A DNA stretch of 61,229 nucleotides, counting the filler. It is 7 parts of 7 records of this genome, joined end to end, with 100 filler letters (N's around TTAATTAATTAA, not from the genome) between each part and the next. Parts side by side here need not be neighbours in the genome. Positions count along the whole stretch, not along the records: positions 18,339 to 27,857 come from SRR2962707_2099; positions 27,958 to 38,934 come from SRR2962707_2100; 5 more parts are not named here. One strand, 5' to 3'. Positions 24,601 to 34,274 of this stretch are shown piece after piece; position 1 is the stretch's first letter; the number at the start of each line of letters is the position of its first letter. A program made the translations under genes and the position numbers. The notes under the pieces are model-generated. The model saw nothing but the letters and a program-made list of their open reading frames with translations. It was not told the origin of the DNA and did no database searches.

Positions 24601-25216
24601 AGCCAACCGCGTTCAAGCAGGCTGAGCTGCGTGCAACTGAGGAAGACGAGCAGACACCTGGAATCGACTCTTTAGTGAAAGATTCGCAACCTTCACCATA
24701 TTACCGCTACGGTGGGTACGAGCGTGTCCTCGACATGCCTGTGAAGTGGTTAAAATTGGCTGACGGAGACTATGAGGTCAGTCATTCGGCAACAACCTTC
24801 TCGTGCGTTGAGGTTGCAATGGCGACGCACAACTGTGACTCTATTGTGACTGGCATGTTTGTGAACCAGATGCGCTATGTAATATGCTCAAAAAGTTCAA
24901 GCTGGATTTTTCGCTCTCAGTATCATTGCGCCGCTCGCAGCTTTTGCCAGGTGCTGCTTTTTGAAATTCGCAATGCCGGTGCTGGCGTCTTTGCGGTCCT
25001 GACAAGTTGCTTGAATGTCTGAGTTATGACATGGTTGTTGCGCAGATTCGAGTGCAAGATGGACGCGTCAGCCTGCATATTCCTGATCCACCTGCCGCCG
25101 CCAATGCTTCGTCGCTGGTAGGGTGTTGGGGGCCTCGGAGTCCCGAGTCTTTGTTTCGACACACCAGAAAAACTTTTTCGTCCGCCAGCGCTCCAGCAGG
25201 AACAAGTGCATCATAG
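18667..25216 (+). CDS. Giant (~2053 aa) membrane-anchored protein of unknown function, 5 exons: 18667-21816, 21916-23771, 23873-24776, 24870-24950, 25046-25216
   Basis: N-terminal signal/anchor (MKRRRYLIRAGLVAVIVLVCAVAAAAVIA) and a second TM segment (HVVGVLLISCCFPIAFLVVRFV). GT-AG introns of 99, 101, 93 and 95 bp all keep frame (total 6162 nt). Confidence 0.7.
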
Positions 25217-25483
25217 TTCGCGAAACACAACCGGGCGGCCCGGGCCGCGTTATGAGTCTACGTTGTGCCAGCGTGTTGGCTGGCCTCTCTCTGCGAAACG
25301 GCATGTGTGTCTCAAGACGAGACAAATGTGGCGTCAAAAATTCTTGGCATAATTTATTTTGAAAAATACAGACATTACATACATGACATACATAACATAC
25401 ATGCATTGGCATACGTAGCAGTAAACATGAAAAAAAGATTGTTCGCTATTGACTTTGACCTGCGCTGCGCCCAAGGAGCGATT

Positions 25484-27678
25484 TTAACGTGTTGTATGCC
25501 TATTCGCAAATTGTATTGGGAAAATGGACACATGAAGCTGGGTCGACGATTGGCTTGAGACATGCGAGAAAATGCAACTAAACATGGACGCGAGCGAGTC
25601 CCCTACCGATGAGAATTCAGCAGTGCTTTTTTCTTTGTCACTGGTGCGACTTGGAGAGTATGTGGTGGGGCCGTTCGGCACACTTTCAAATTCTGGCGTG
25701 AAGTTTGTCGGGCCTGACCTCCGCCGTGGACTTGAATACGTGGGCTTAACAAAAGCAGCACTTGCAGACCCAGTCCTGCGCCTGTTGGAAGGGGATTGCT
25801 TTTGTGCAGCTGCAATGTGCAGGTCAATGAGAGGGGCCAGACTTCCAGCGCGTTTGGGTGTCTTCGGTGGATCGTGCACTTTTTGGGTTGATGGGGATGA
25901 AGTGATATTGTTTTCATGAAAGGGTGCAGAGGATGCGAATCTCGTGCCAAAGGGACTCGCGGCTCCGATCGAATCATTGGCAGCTTCTGCGGCAGATGCA
26001 GCATCGGTACTCAGTGAAGTGTCTCCGTGTTCGCCAGCCTCGGCATCGTGTTGGCGCTTGCGAGCCACTGCCTTTGCGACGAGCGATTCGTCTGGAGGCT
26101 GAATCACTCGCTCAGTGACTTCTGTCTCCTTTGTCCGGTGGTTGTAGAAACACAATTTACTTGTGTCGGGTGCCAAAAAGCAGGATTTCACTGCTCCCGT
26201 TGCGCGATTGACAAACACAAATCTGTATTGAAGGGTAAACAGGTGCAGCTCAGGAATGGGCGTGTAGCTCTCGCCAGCACTAAATTGAGTAAAAACACAC
26301 GTCGGCAAGATCACCACGACACTACCACTTACTGCTCGAGAACAGGATCATAATGTCGGACAAATCCGGCAAAACTTATGAATTCGGTAACTTCTGCTAT
26401 TTTTTGCCTGAGCAAAGCGTTGAACATAGCGCGGTGCAACTTTTTCGAATATTTTTTCTCAAAAACTTGCATGCCGGCAGGGGAAGACGTCGATGTATCA
26501 CTTCCTGCAACCACGCGAGCTGTTGGTGACACTCGCGCCGTGTCAATTGTTATTTCACCGAGCTTTGCTCGGCTGTTTTCAGTCTCAGGCAAACCCTCGC
26601 CGCCACCGCTGGTTCCGGCTTTTCCGCGTGATGTGGTTGCATTGTAAGACTCTTGAAAATCAATCTCAATTCCCATGGACTGACCGGGCGCTGATTCGAT
26701 AAAGAGTTCTGACACGCGAAAGTCGACATCGGGAGTTGACTTCGGACGTGCGACGACGAACTCTTTACTTTGATCGGGCGGCAACCCTTGGATAACATCA
26801 AGCAGCCGATCGACGCCAGCACCTCGCACATCGACACCACTGACACTCAGAAGCAGGTCGCCCAACAACACCCCATCACGCTGAGCACGCCCATCGTTTT
26901 CCACATAATCGACAAACAGGTCATCGCCCCCGCCCAGCTTACTAAAAAAAAGGCAATGCAAACGAAAATACACAACGAATGAAAAAAACCAGCAAATTGA
27001 TCGACGGGCAAGTTCGCGGAGTTGACCTTGTTGCTCAACAAAAATCAGCCAAGGAGTCACGCACGTGTTGAAAGACATCCCGCTGAGTTGCCCAGGTTCA
27101 CTTCGAGTTACAACCACCTCGTACGGCACTTTCGTCGGATGCCCCCCAGGATGGCGCTCAATGATCCACTCTCGCCCTTCATCGCCGGGCGGCAAGCTTG
27201 CAACCACATCCCCGACTTCATCCAGATCGAGACCCCTCAGTGAGCGCCCATCGACCGCCACGAGCGTGTCCCACATTCGGGGCCCACTGCCACCCTGGTG
27301 CTGCTGCTGCTGCTGCTGATAAGTGGCGATGGCCTTTGCAGCTGCACTGCCTTCTGCAATATCAGTGACGTACACACCGCCCCGGCACTGAGCCGCATCG
27401 TTGTCCACTTTCTCCCACAGAGACGCCCCCAGCCGGCTGCCTCGAACAACAAACGCCACAGAGCCTGTTGGTGCGGCTCGCCCGCGGTGCAGTGAGAAAA
27501 CGGTAACTTTTCGCCCGGATTGAAAAAGTCGCCCTCGCTCGAGCGCTGCGTCCAGATCCGAGTGGCTTGTCGCGTGGAGCACAGAAACGCCGTTCACAGC
27601 GCCGAGCACGTCGCCTGCACGGGCCCCTCCCGCTGCAGCCGGGGTGTTCGGCAGCACTTTTTTTACGACGAAGGGCAT
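25484..27678 (-). CDS. Multi-PDZ domain protein (about 3 PDZ-like units), multi-exon; both ends uncertain
   Basis: PDZ-like segments VKKVLPNTPAAAGGARAGDVLGAVNGVSV, VYVTDIAEGSAAAKA...DTLVAVDGRSL and LFVDYVENDGRAQRDGVLLGDLLLSVSGVDV. In-frame intron 26942-27064. Confidence 0.7.
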
Positions 27679-27819
27679 GGCTGGCTGGTTTTCAAGCGTG
27701 CAAAACAGCTCAGGACCCGCGGTCGCGGAGAGGAGCCCGCTCGTTCATCGTTCTCATCGTCGTGCGTAATTTCGCTTGGGGAATGGAAACTGATGGCAGG
27801 AAGAAAAACGCAGAAACAG

Positions 27820-27857
27820 AGGGAAGAAGGAGGAGGAGAAGAAGAAGGAGGAGGAGG
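27820..27857. repeat. (GAG/GAA)n purine repeat at contig end
   Basis: Direct reading. Confidence 0.85.
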
Positions 27858-27957
27858 NNNNNNNNNNNNNNNNNNNNNNNNNNNNNNNNNNNNNNNNNNN
27901 NTTAATTAATTAANNNNNNNNNNNNNNNNNNNNNNNNNNNNNNNNNNNNNNNNNNNN
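27858..27957. other. Artificial contig spacer (eukaryote/bacterium boundary)
   Basis: N44-TTAATTAATTAA-N44. Confidence 0.98.
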
Positions 27958-28003
27958 TACCGCCGTGAAAGGGCGGTGTCCTAGGCCACTAGACGAAGGG
28001 GAC
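27958..28003 (-). tRNA. tRNA-Glu(TTC), 5' portion, truncated by contig end
   Basis: Reverse complement GTCCCCTTCGTCTAGTGGCCTAGGACACCGCCCTTTCACGGCGGTA matches gammaproteobacterial tRNA-Glu. Confidence 0.93.
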
Positions 28004-28311
28004 CCGGACTTGTCGGCCAATCCCGTTGCGGGACTGCCCTGTCAAGCGGCGCGTAGTCTAGGAATCCGGGCCGGCAGCGTCAAGGGGAAATTCCCCCGGT
28101 CGACACCGTTCGTTCATAATCCGTTCAATCTCGGCGATTCCGACGGTTTTCCCCTGACCGGGCGGTCCCCTGTTGACCCTTCCGCGACACTGCTATATGC
28201 CTGTTACCCCAGCCGCCCGTCGGATTCACGGGTTGAGATCCGCCTGCGGCCGGCCCGCTTTCGAGTGGGCCGCACCAGGCCCAACATCACAATAGAGACC
28301 GGGAGATCCCA

Positions 28312-28962
28312 ATGACCATCAAACTGTATGGCGCCATGCTGTCGCCGTTCGTGCGTAAAACCCGCGTGGTACTGGCCCTCAAAGGCGTGGAACATGAGAC
28401 CGTCAACGTGGACCCGCGCAACGCGCCGGACTGGTATCGGGACCTCAACCCGCTGGGACGCATCCCGGCACTGGACTACGACGGCCAGATTCTCGCCGAT
28501 TCCGGGGTGATTTGCGCTTTTCTGGAGAAGAAACACCCCGAGCCGTCCCTCTACCCGGAGGATCCCTACGAGTACGCCCGCACCCTGTGGTTCGAGAAAT
28601 TCGGCGACTACGAGCTGGGCGTCAACTGTACCTTCGGCGTGTTCTTCAACCGGGTGGTGCGGCGTCTGATGGGCAAGGAAGTGGATGAAGCGGCGGCGCA
28701 GAAAGCGCTGCAGGGCGCGGTGCCACCGCTGCTCGAGTACCTGGATCGGGAACTGGAAGGCAAGACCTACTTTGTTGGCGAACGGCTCACCGTCGCCGAT
28801 ATCGCCGTGGCCAGCCAGTTGGTGAACTTCCAGCACGCCGGTGAAGGGGTCGACCAGTATCCCAACCTGGCCGCCCACAAGGAACGCCTGCACGCCCTGG
28901 AGCCGTTCACCCAGACCATAGCCAAGGAAAGCGGCTTCCTCACCAAGGTCCTCGGCGGCTGA
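28312..28962 (+). CDS. Glutathione S-transferase family protein
   Basis: SPFVRK, LNPLGRIPAL, LADSGVICAFLE and YFVGERLTVADIA motifs; RBS GGGAG. Confidence 0.92.
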   Translation: MTIKLYGAMLSPFVRKTRVVLALKGVEHETVNVDPRNAPDWYRDLNPLGRIPALDYDGQILADSGVICAFLEKKHPEPSLYPEDPYEYARTLWFEKFGDYELGVNCTFGVFFNRVVRRLMGKEVDEAAAQKALQGAVPPLLEYLDRELEGKTYFVGERLTVADIAVASQLVNFQHAGEGVDQYPNLAAHKERLHALEPFTQTIAKESGFLTKVLGG

Positions 28963-29493
28963 TCAGGGCGGCCCTCCAGCCCCCTCGCCCGTGCCCTCCC
29001 CGGTGTCCTCCACGGACACCAGGGCGGCACGGCCATCGGTGGCGATACGCACCCGCGCCAGACCGCCCTGCCGTAATCGCCGCTCCAGTTCCAGCGCCTT
29101 ATCCTTTGGCGCGAAATAGGCTTCGATACCGTATTCCACCGTCACCGAACCCACCCGCACCGCGCGGATATGCCCGCGAATAAAATCGCCCGGCGGCGGT
29201 GAATAACGGGTATCAACGGCTTTCCACACCCGCCCTTTCCGGCGCAACTGCACATACACTTCCCGCCCTACCCGCGGCACTCCCACTTCCGGCATCGGCG
29301 CCTCACTGATGTCGTAGCGCAGGCGGGCATAGTTGCCGCGCAACAAATCACGCGGATCCACCGGCACCGTGCGCAGCACCACTTCCTTGCCGAACCAGAC
29401 CGGATACCGCGCATAGCCCAGCAAACCGAGCAGCACCAGAACCTGCAACACCAGCGCCGCCACCAGGGCGCGCAGCCGCCAGCGCCTAGTCAT
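28963..29493 (-). CDS. GDYXXLXY-domain membrane-anchored protein
   Basis: N-terminal TM, PVDPRDLLRGNYARLRY and VEYGIEAYF. ATG overlaps the end of the upstream gene. Confidence 0.85.
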   Translation of the reverse strand: MTRRWRLRALVAALVLQVLVLLGLLGYARYPVWFGKEVVLRTVPVDPRDLLRGNYARLRYDISEAPMPEVGVPRVGREVYVQLRRKGRVWKAVDTRYSPPPGDFIRGHIRAVRVGSVTVEYGIEAYFAPKDKALELERRLRQGGLARVRIATDGRAALVSVEDTGEGTGEGAGGPP

Positions 29494-30730
29494 GGGCCAC
29501 CTCCGGATCGCGCTGGCGCCAGTAGCGGGCGCCAGCGTAGAGAATGCCGGCCATGACCAGGAACAACAGGGCCGCCCCCAGGTAATCTCCAATCAGATCG
29601 ACATAACGCAACAGCGCCAATACCGCCACCGTGCCCAAACCGGCGAAGAAACGGCGCTGGTCGGCGCGCAGCAATCCCTGGCGTATCCAGGCCATGGCCA
29701 CCAGCAGAACCACCAGATTGGCCGCCACGGTCCAGTACAGGCTCTGTTCCGGCCGGCCCAGACCATGCGCCAGCAGCACCCCGGCCAGCGCCAACCAGGG
29801 CAGGATGCCACGGGGCTTGAGGGCGATCGCCGCCAGCAGCAGCGGCAGCGCCGCCCACAGCCCGGGATCCAGCCAGCCCCAGTGGCTGTGCAGATATTCT
29901 TTCCAGAGGTCCTCGAACGTCAGCGGCAACAGCACCAGCAACGACAACCGTCCAAGCCACGGCAAGGGTGCCCAACGCGAGTCCCCGCGCAGCTCCAGCC
30001 GCTGGCAGAGCACCTGAGCCAGGACCAGAAGAGCAAGATTGAAGGTCAGATGGCCAGCCCGCCAATGGGGCCCGAAATCGGTGTGGAACACCCAGGACAA
30101 CATCAGGTTGAGCCACAACACCAGAGCCGCCAGCACCGGCAGCATCACAACATTGGAATGGCGGCGCCAGGCCAGCCAGCCGGCCACACCGAGAAACACG
30201 ATGCCAGCCCAGGGTGGCGAGAACGGGGTTTCCATCACCATCCACAGGGCGGTGAGCGCCACCAGCAGCAGTGTCACCAGCAGGCGCCGGGAGAAAAAGG
30301 CCACCGGCAACGTGCCGATCATCCACAACAGCACGCCGTTGGGGAAATGCTCGCCAAGGTGGTACATCTGCCCCACCAGCATGATCGAAGCGCCATAGCA
30401 GACCGCGCCGAGAAACAGCCAGCCGCCCCCCTCGCCATGACGCCCCCAGCGCCACACCCCTACCCCGTTGGTGGCCACGGTGAGGGCCAGCAGAGCGGCG
30501 AAGCGCACGCCCCGGGGCAGACCGTCCCAATGGGCGGACACCACCAGCAGCAGCGCCAGGCCGATGAACAGCAGAGCACAGGCGGTCAGCACTCGCGCGC
30601 CCAGGGAGCCGCCACTGGCTTCCAGACCGTTGCCATAACGGGCCAGAATGCGCCGGGCCTGATCCTCCTCGATCAGCCCCTCGGCCAGCCACTGTTGCAT
30701 CTCCCGGCGCAGAGCGTCTTTACGTATCAC
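29486..30730 (-). CDS. DUF2157 domain polytopic membrane protein
   Basis: WLAEGLIEEDQARRILARY N-terminus, GASIMLVGQMYHL motif and many TM segments. Typical partner of GDYXXLXY genes. Confidence 0.85.
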   Translation of the reverse strand: MIRKDALRREMQQWLAEGLIEEDQARRILARYGNGLEASGGSLGARVLTACALLFIGLALLLVVSAHWDGLPRGVRFAALLALTVATNGVGVWRWGRHGEGGGWLFLGAVCYGASIMLVGQMYHLGEHFPNGVLLWMIGTLPVAFFSRRLLVTLLLVALTALWMVMETPFSPPWAGIVFLGVAGWLAWRRHSNVVMLPVLAALVLWLNLMLSWVFHTDFGPHWRAGHLTFNLALLVLAQVLCQRLELRGDSRWAPLPWLGRLSLLVLLPLTFEDLWKEYLHSHWGWLDPGLWAALPLLLAAIALKPRGILPWLALAGVLLAHGLGRPEQSLYWTVAANLVVLLVAMAWIRQGLLRADQRRFFAGLGTVAVLALLRYVDLIGDYLGAALLFLVMAGILYAGARYWRQRDPEVAHD

Positions 30731-30805
30731 GTTGTTCCCAATCCTTTTGGTGCGGGCTTCCTGAGCATGCTAGCACGCTGGGTGCGCGCGGCTCTCTGCA
30801 ACCCG

Positions 30806-30877
30806 CTGTAGCAGCCTGCCTTGCGGTCGAATAGACTCCTGCGTCCGAAAATTCGCCTGCGGGGCAGGCCCCTACAG
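30806..30877. repeat. Inverted pair of GTAG-type REP-like sequences (REP doublet)
   Basis: CTGTAGCAGCCTGCCTTGCGGTCGAAT (30806-30832) versus reverse complement of 30851-30877, CTGTAGGGGCCTGCCCCGCAGGCGAAT. Confidence 0.65.
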
Positions 30878-30921
30878 AGACTTCGAATCAACACCGGGCG
30901 AACCGCGACATTTTCAAGCCG

Positions 30922-32409
30922 TCAAAGCGGTAACCCCAGCCGCCGTGCTTCCATGCGGCGCAGGAATTCCAGCATCACCTGCCGGTACAGGTCCTCGCCC
31001 AGCCACAGGTCCTCGACGCCGGCATCGATGTTGGGATTGTCGTTCACCTCCATCACCACCACCTGATCGCCGGACTGCTTCAGGTCCACGCCGTACAGGC
31101 CGTTGCCCATCAGCCGGGCGGCCTTGAGCGCCACTCTCAGCACCTTCGGCGGCACTTCGCGGATCGGTACCGTGCGCGCGTTGCCGGAGGCGGTTTTGCC
31201 GCCGTCCTTGTGATGATAAATCTGCCAATGCCCCTTGCTCATGAAGTACTGGCAGGCAAACAGCGGCCGGTTGTTGAGCACGCCGATGCGCCAGTCGTAA
31301 TCGGTGTACATAAAAGCCTGGGCCAGCACCACGGCGGATTGTTTCAGATAGCCATGCAGGGCGTTGCCCAGCGCCTCGCGGTCCTCCACCTTGCTAATGC
31401 CGCGGGAGAAACTGCCGTCCGGGATCTTCAGCACCATCGGCAGTCCCAGTTCCCCGATCAGGCTGTCCACCTGTTCGGCGGTGTCGCTGAACACAAAGGC
31501 GGTGGGCGGCACCGGCACGCCATTGGCCTGCATCAGTTCCGCCAGATAAATCTTGTTGGTACAGCGCAGAATCGAGCGCGGATCGTCGATCACCACCATG
31601 CCTTCCTGCTCCGCCTTGCGGGCGAACTGATAGGTATGGTGGTCAATGGCGGTGGTCTCGCGAATGAACAGGCCGTCGTATTCACCCAGGCGGGCGTAGG
31701 CGTCGCGGCCGACGATTTCCACCTTGATGCCCAGTTGCCGGCCGGCCCGTGCGAATCGCTTCAAAGCGGCGCGATTGCTCGGCGGCATGGCCTCCTCGTC
31801 GTTCACCAGCATGGCCAGGTCATAGCGTTCACCACGCCGCCGGCGCGGGCCGCGCCAGACACGGGCGTTGAACTGCTCCAGGGCACGGGCGAAGGCATCT
31901 TCCTGGGCACCCTTGACCTGTTTCAGACTCGGCGTCTTGATCGCCTCCAGGGTCCACCGGTCCCGGCGCCGGAACGACACCCGCAGAATCGGACACGGCA
32001 ACTGGTCAAAGATCTGCCGCGCCAGTTCCGCCAGCCCTTCCTGCTCGGTTTGGCCGAAGTAGATATTGAACGTCACCTTGGTGGCATCGCCGCCCTGCTT
32101 CTTCATCGCCTTGTCCAGCGCCGACTCGAAATGCTCGAAGTGCAGGCCGTACAGCGCCTTGTAACTGAGGTCGTTGACCGTGCGTACCGAGGGCATGACG
32201 CGCTGACCGCGGGCCTCCGCCAGCAGCGAACAGTAGTAGCCGGGGGACAGGTATTTGTAGCTGCGGCACAGATTGATCACCTGCACTTTCTTGTCGGTGC
32301 AGACCGGCTCGGAAGCCTGCAGGTAATCACGGGCGGACAGCAGATTGCGGGCGGGATAGTACGCCGCCCAGTCCGCCGGGTCGTCCACCAGGATAATGAC
32401 TTGGCTCAT
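30922..32409 (-). CDS. RimK-family ATP-grasp ligase with N-terminal RLAN-type extension
   Basis: INLCRSYKYLSPGYYCSLLAEARG, FIRETT, VLKIPDGSFSRG, YGVDLK and EVNDNPNID motifs. Confidence 0.88.
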   Translation of the reverse strand: MSQVIILVDDPADWAAYYPARNLLSARDYLQASEPVCTDKKVQVINLCRSYKYLSPGYYCSLLAEARGQRVMPSVRTVNDLSYKALYGLHFEHFESALDKAMKKQGGDATKVTFNIYFGQTEQEGLAELARQIFDQLPCPILRVSFRRRDRWTLEAIKTPSLKQVKGAQEDAFARALEQFNARVWRGPRRRRGERYDLAMLVNDEEAMPPSNRAALKRFARAGRQLGIKVEIVGRDAYARLGEYDGLFIRETTAIDHHTYQFARKAEQEGMVVIDDPRSILRCTNKIYLAELMQANGVPVPPTAFVFSDTAEQVDSLIGELGLPMVLKIPDGSFSRGISKVEDREALGNALHGYLKQSAVVLAQAFMYTDYDWRIGVLNNRPLFACQYFMSKGHWQIYHHKDGGKTASGNARTVPIREVPPKVLRVALKAARLMGNGLYGVDLKQSGDQVVVMEVNDNPNIDAGVEDLWLGEDLYRQVMLEFLRRMEARRLGLPL

Positions 32410-32428
32410 CGGGGTTCCATTGAGAAGG

Positions 32429-32458
32429 CTAAGGACGCCGGATGTCCGGCGTCCTTAG
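32429..32458. other. 13-bp perfect hairpin between the dehydrogenase and RimK-like genes
   Basis: CTAAGGACGCCGG-ATGT-CCGGCGTCCTTAG. No poly-U tail, so a terminator role is uncertain. Confidence 0.6.
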
Positions 32459-32462
32459 AATA

Positions 32463-32488
32463 TCGCGGCTCGTGGGCCGCTCCTACAG
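32463..32488 (-). repeat. Single GTAG-type REP-like sequence
   Basis: Reverse complement CTGTAGGAGCGGCCCACGAGCCGCGA. Confidence 0.6.
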
Positions 32489-32514
32489 AAACCGCCATGC
32501 CCGGTCCGAGCCGG

Positions 32515-33690
32515 TCAGTTGCCCTGGTAGACCACGCGGTAGATGGCGCCGGCGTGATCGTCGGCGATCAGCAAACTGCCGTCGGCGGCCTGCATGACGT
32601 CCGCCGGACGTCCCCAGCGGGTGCCGTCCTCACGCAGCCAGCCGCTGATGAATGGCTGGTACCCGGCAACCTTGTCGATGCCTTCCACGCCGACCCGGGT
32701 GACCCGGTACCCGGCCGGCGTGCTGCGATTCCAGGAACCGTGCTCGGCGATGAAGATGTCACCCCGGTAGTCCTCGGGAAATTGCTCCCCGGTATAGAAC
32801 GTCATACCCAGCGGCGCGTGATGCGCCGGCATGGTTTGCATCGGCATGGCGAATTCACCGGGATCATGGTCCTTGCCAAACTCCGGATCCGGCACCGTGC
32901 CACCGTGGATAAACGGATAGCCGAAGTGTTCGCCGTCCTCGCGCACCCGGTTGAGTTCTTCCGGCGGGATCTCGTCGCCGAGCATGTCGCGGCCATTGTC
33001 GGTGAACCACAACTGCCCACTGCGCGGATGGAAATCAAACCCCACCGAATTGCGCACTCCGCGAGCCACCGTGGTCATTTCCCCCGAGTCCGGGTCATAG
33101 CGTTGGATGGTGGCGTAGGGTTCTTCCCGGTTGCAGATGTTGCACGGTGCCCCCACCGGCACGATCAGTTTCCCTTCGCGGTCAAACGCCAGATACTTCC
33201 AGCCGTGATGGGAATCGGAGGGAAATTGGTCCGTCACCAGCTCCAATGCCGGCGGATCGTCCAGATGATCGAGAATGTCCGGCAGCGCCAGAATCCGGTT
33301 CACCGCCGCCACGTAGAGGGTGCCGTCGCGATAGGCGATCCCGGAGGGCATGTTCAGCCCTTCCGCCAGCACCCAGGTGCGCTCGGCGCGGCCATCGCCA
33401 TCGGCGTCGCGGATCGCGTAGACCTTGCCCTCGTCACGGGAGCCGGCGAACACGGTGCCATCCTCGGCCTGGGCCAGTTGCCGGGCGTTGGGAACATCGT
33501 CGGCGAACACCGTCAGGGTGAAGCCCTCGGGCAGGGTCAGGCTGTCCACCGGCAGGGACCCGGCCATGACGGGAGCGGCAAAACCGAGTAGCAGGCCGGC
33601 CAGCCAGCGCCGGCCGTGAATGGCGGGAAGATCGCTATGAGCCCGCGGCGTCCTTCCGCGCGCCGGGGTGTCCTGCTTTTTCCAAGGCAT
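32515..33690 (-). CDS. PQQ-dependent sugar/sorbosone dehydrogenase family beta-propeller (periplasmic); start uncertain
   Basis: [59 protein letters not shown] and WGRPADV motifs; signal-like [17 protein letters not shown]. Confidence 0.85.
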   Translation of the reverse strand: MPWKKQDTPARGRTPRAHSDLPAIHGRRWLAGLLLGFAAPVMAGSLPVDSLTLPEGFTLTVFADDVPNARQLAQAEDGTVFAGSRDEGKVYAIRDADGDGRAERTWVLAEGLNMPSGIAYRDGTLYVAAVNRILALPDILDHLDDPPALELVTDQFPSDSHHGWKYLAFDREGKLIVPVGAPCNICNREEPYATIQRYDPDSGEMTTVARGVRNSVGFDFHPRSGQLWFTDNGRDMLGDEIPPEELNRVREDGEHFGYPFIHGGTVPDPEFGKDHDPGEFAMPMQTMPAHHAPLGMTFYTGEQFPEDYRGDIFIAEHGSWNRSTPAGYRVTRVGVEGIDKVAGYQPFISGWLREDGTRWGRPADVMQAADGSLLIADDHAGAIYRVVYQGN

Positions 33691-34093
33691 CTTGAACCTC
33701 CGGAGGCATGTAGGTCTCATCGTGTTTGGCGAGCACTTCTTCCGCCTCGAACCGTTCCCGGCTCACCAGCGTGCCGTTGGCGACGATACCCTGCCCTTCA
33801 CGGAACAGGTCCGGCAGGATGCCCTGGTAATGGACGGTGAAGGTGCCCTTGCCGTCGGTGACATCGAAAGTCACGTCCAGAGTGTCGGGGTCGCGTACCA
33901 CCGATCCCTCCATAACCAGACCACCCACACGCATTTTAGTGCCCACCGGCGCTTCACCGTTGACCACCTGCTGCGGGGTGAAAAACAGATTGATGTTCTG
34001 GCGCAGGGCGTACACCGCCAGAGCGGTGGCCAGGGCCAGCCCCAGAAACACCGCCAGCACCACGATCAGGCGCTGTTTACGAACCGGATTCAT
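33635..34093 (-). CDS. ccmE: Cytochrome c maturation heme chaperone CcmE
   Basis: [10 protein letters not shown] and LAKHDETY motifs. Confidence 0.96.
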   Translation of the reverse strand: MNPVRKQRLIVVLAVFLGLALATALAVYALRQNINLFFTPQQVVNGEAPVGTKMRVGGLVMEGSVVRDPDTLDVTFDVTDGKGTFTVHYQGILPDLFREGQGIVANGTLVSRERFEAEEVLAKHDETYMPPEVQDALEKAGHPGARKDAAGS

Positions 34094-34274
34094 GCTTAAC
34101 CTCCCGGGTTTCCCGTCGCCACTGGCGAGCCACGTCCTGGCGCACCCGCGCCAGCTTGCGCGCCGCCAGCACCATATTGATCACGATCAGCAGCGCACAG
34201 ATACCGTAAGCGCTCCAGACATAGGGCCCGTGCCGGCCCATGGCCAGAAATTCCGCGAAGCTGTCGAAATACAT
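34077..34274 (-). CDS. ccmD: Heme exporter protein CcmD
   Basis: [24 protein letters not shown]; located between ccmC and ccmE. Confidence 0.92.
   Translation of the reverse strand: MYFDSFAEFLAMGRHGPYVWSAYGICALLIVINMVLAARKLARVRQDVARQWRRETREVKHESGS

Noticed and set aside
27857-27958. Eukaryote-bacterium junction as a large horizontal insertion
   Set aside because: The junction is an artificial spacer; there is no physical linkage.
29490-30811. Alternative 400-aa and 439-aa ORFs over DUF2157
   Set aside because: Off-frame or antisense ORFs expected from GC-rich codon bias.
33130-33150. CNIC motif in the dehydrogenase next to ccm genes as a heme c site
   Set aside because: It reads CNICN, not CxxCH, and this Cys pair is a usual feature of the family.
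31210-33591. 793-aa plus-strand ORF
   Set aside because: Antisense shadow of the RimK-like and dehydrogenase genes in high-GC DNA; no recognisable motifs.
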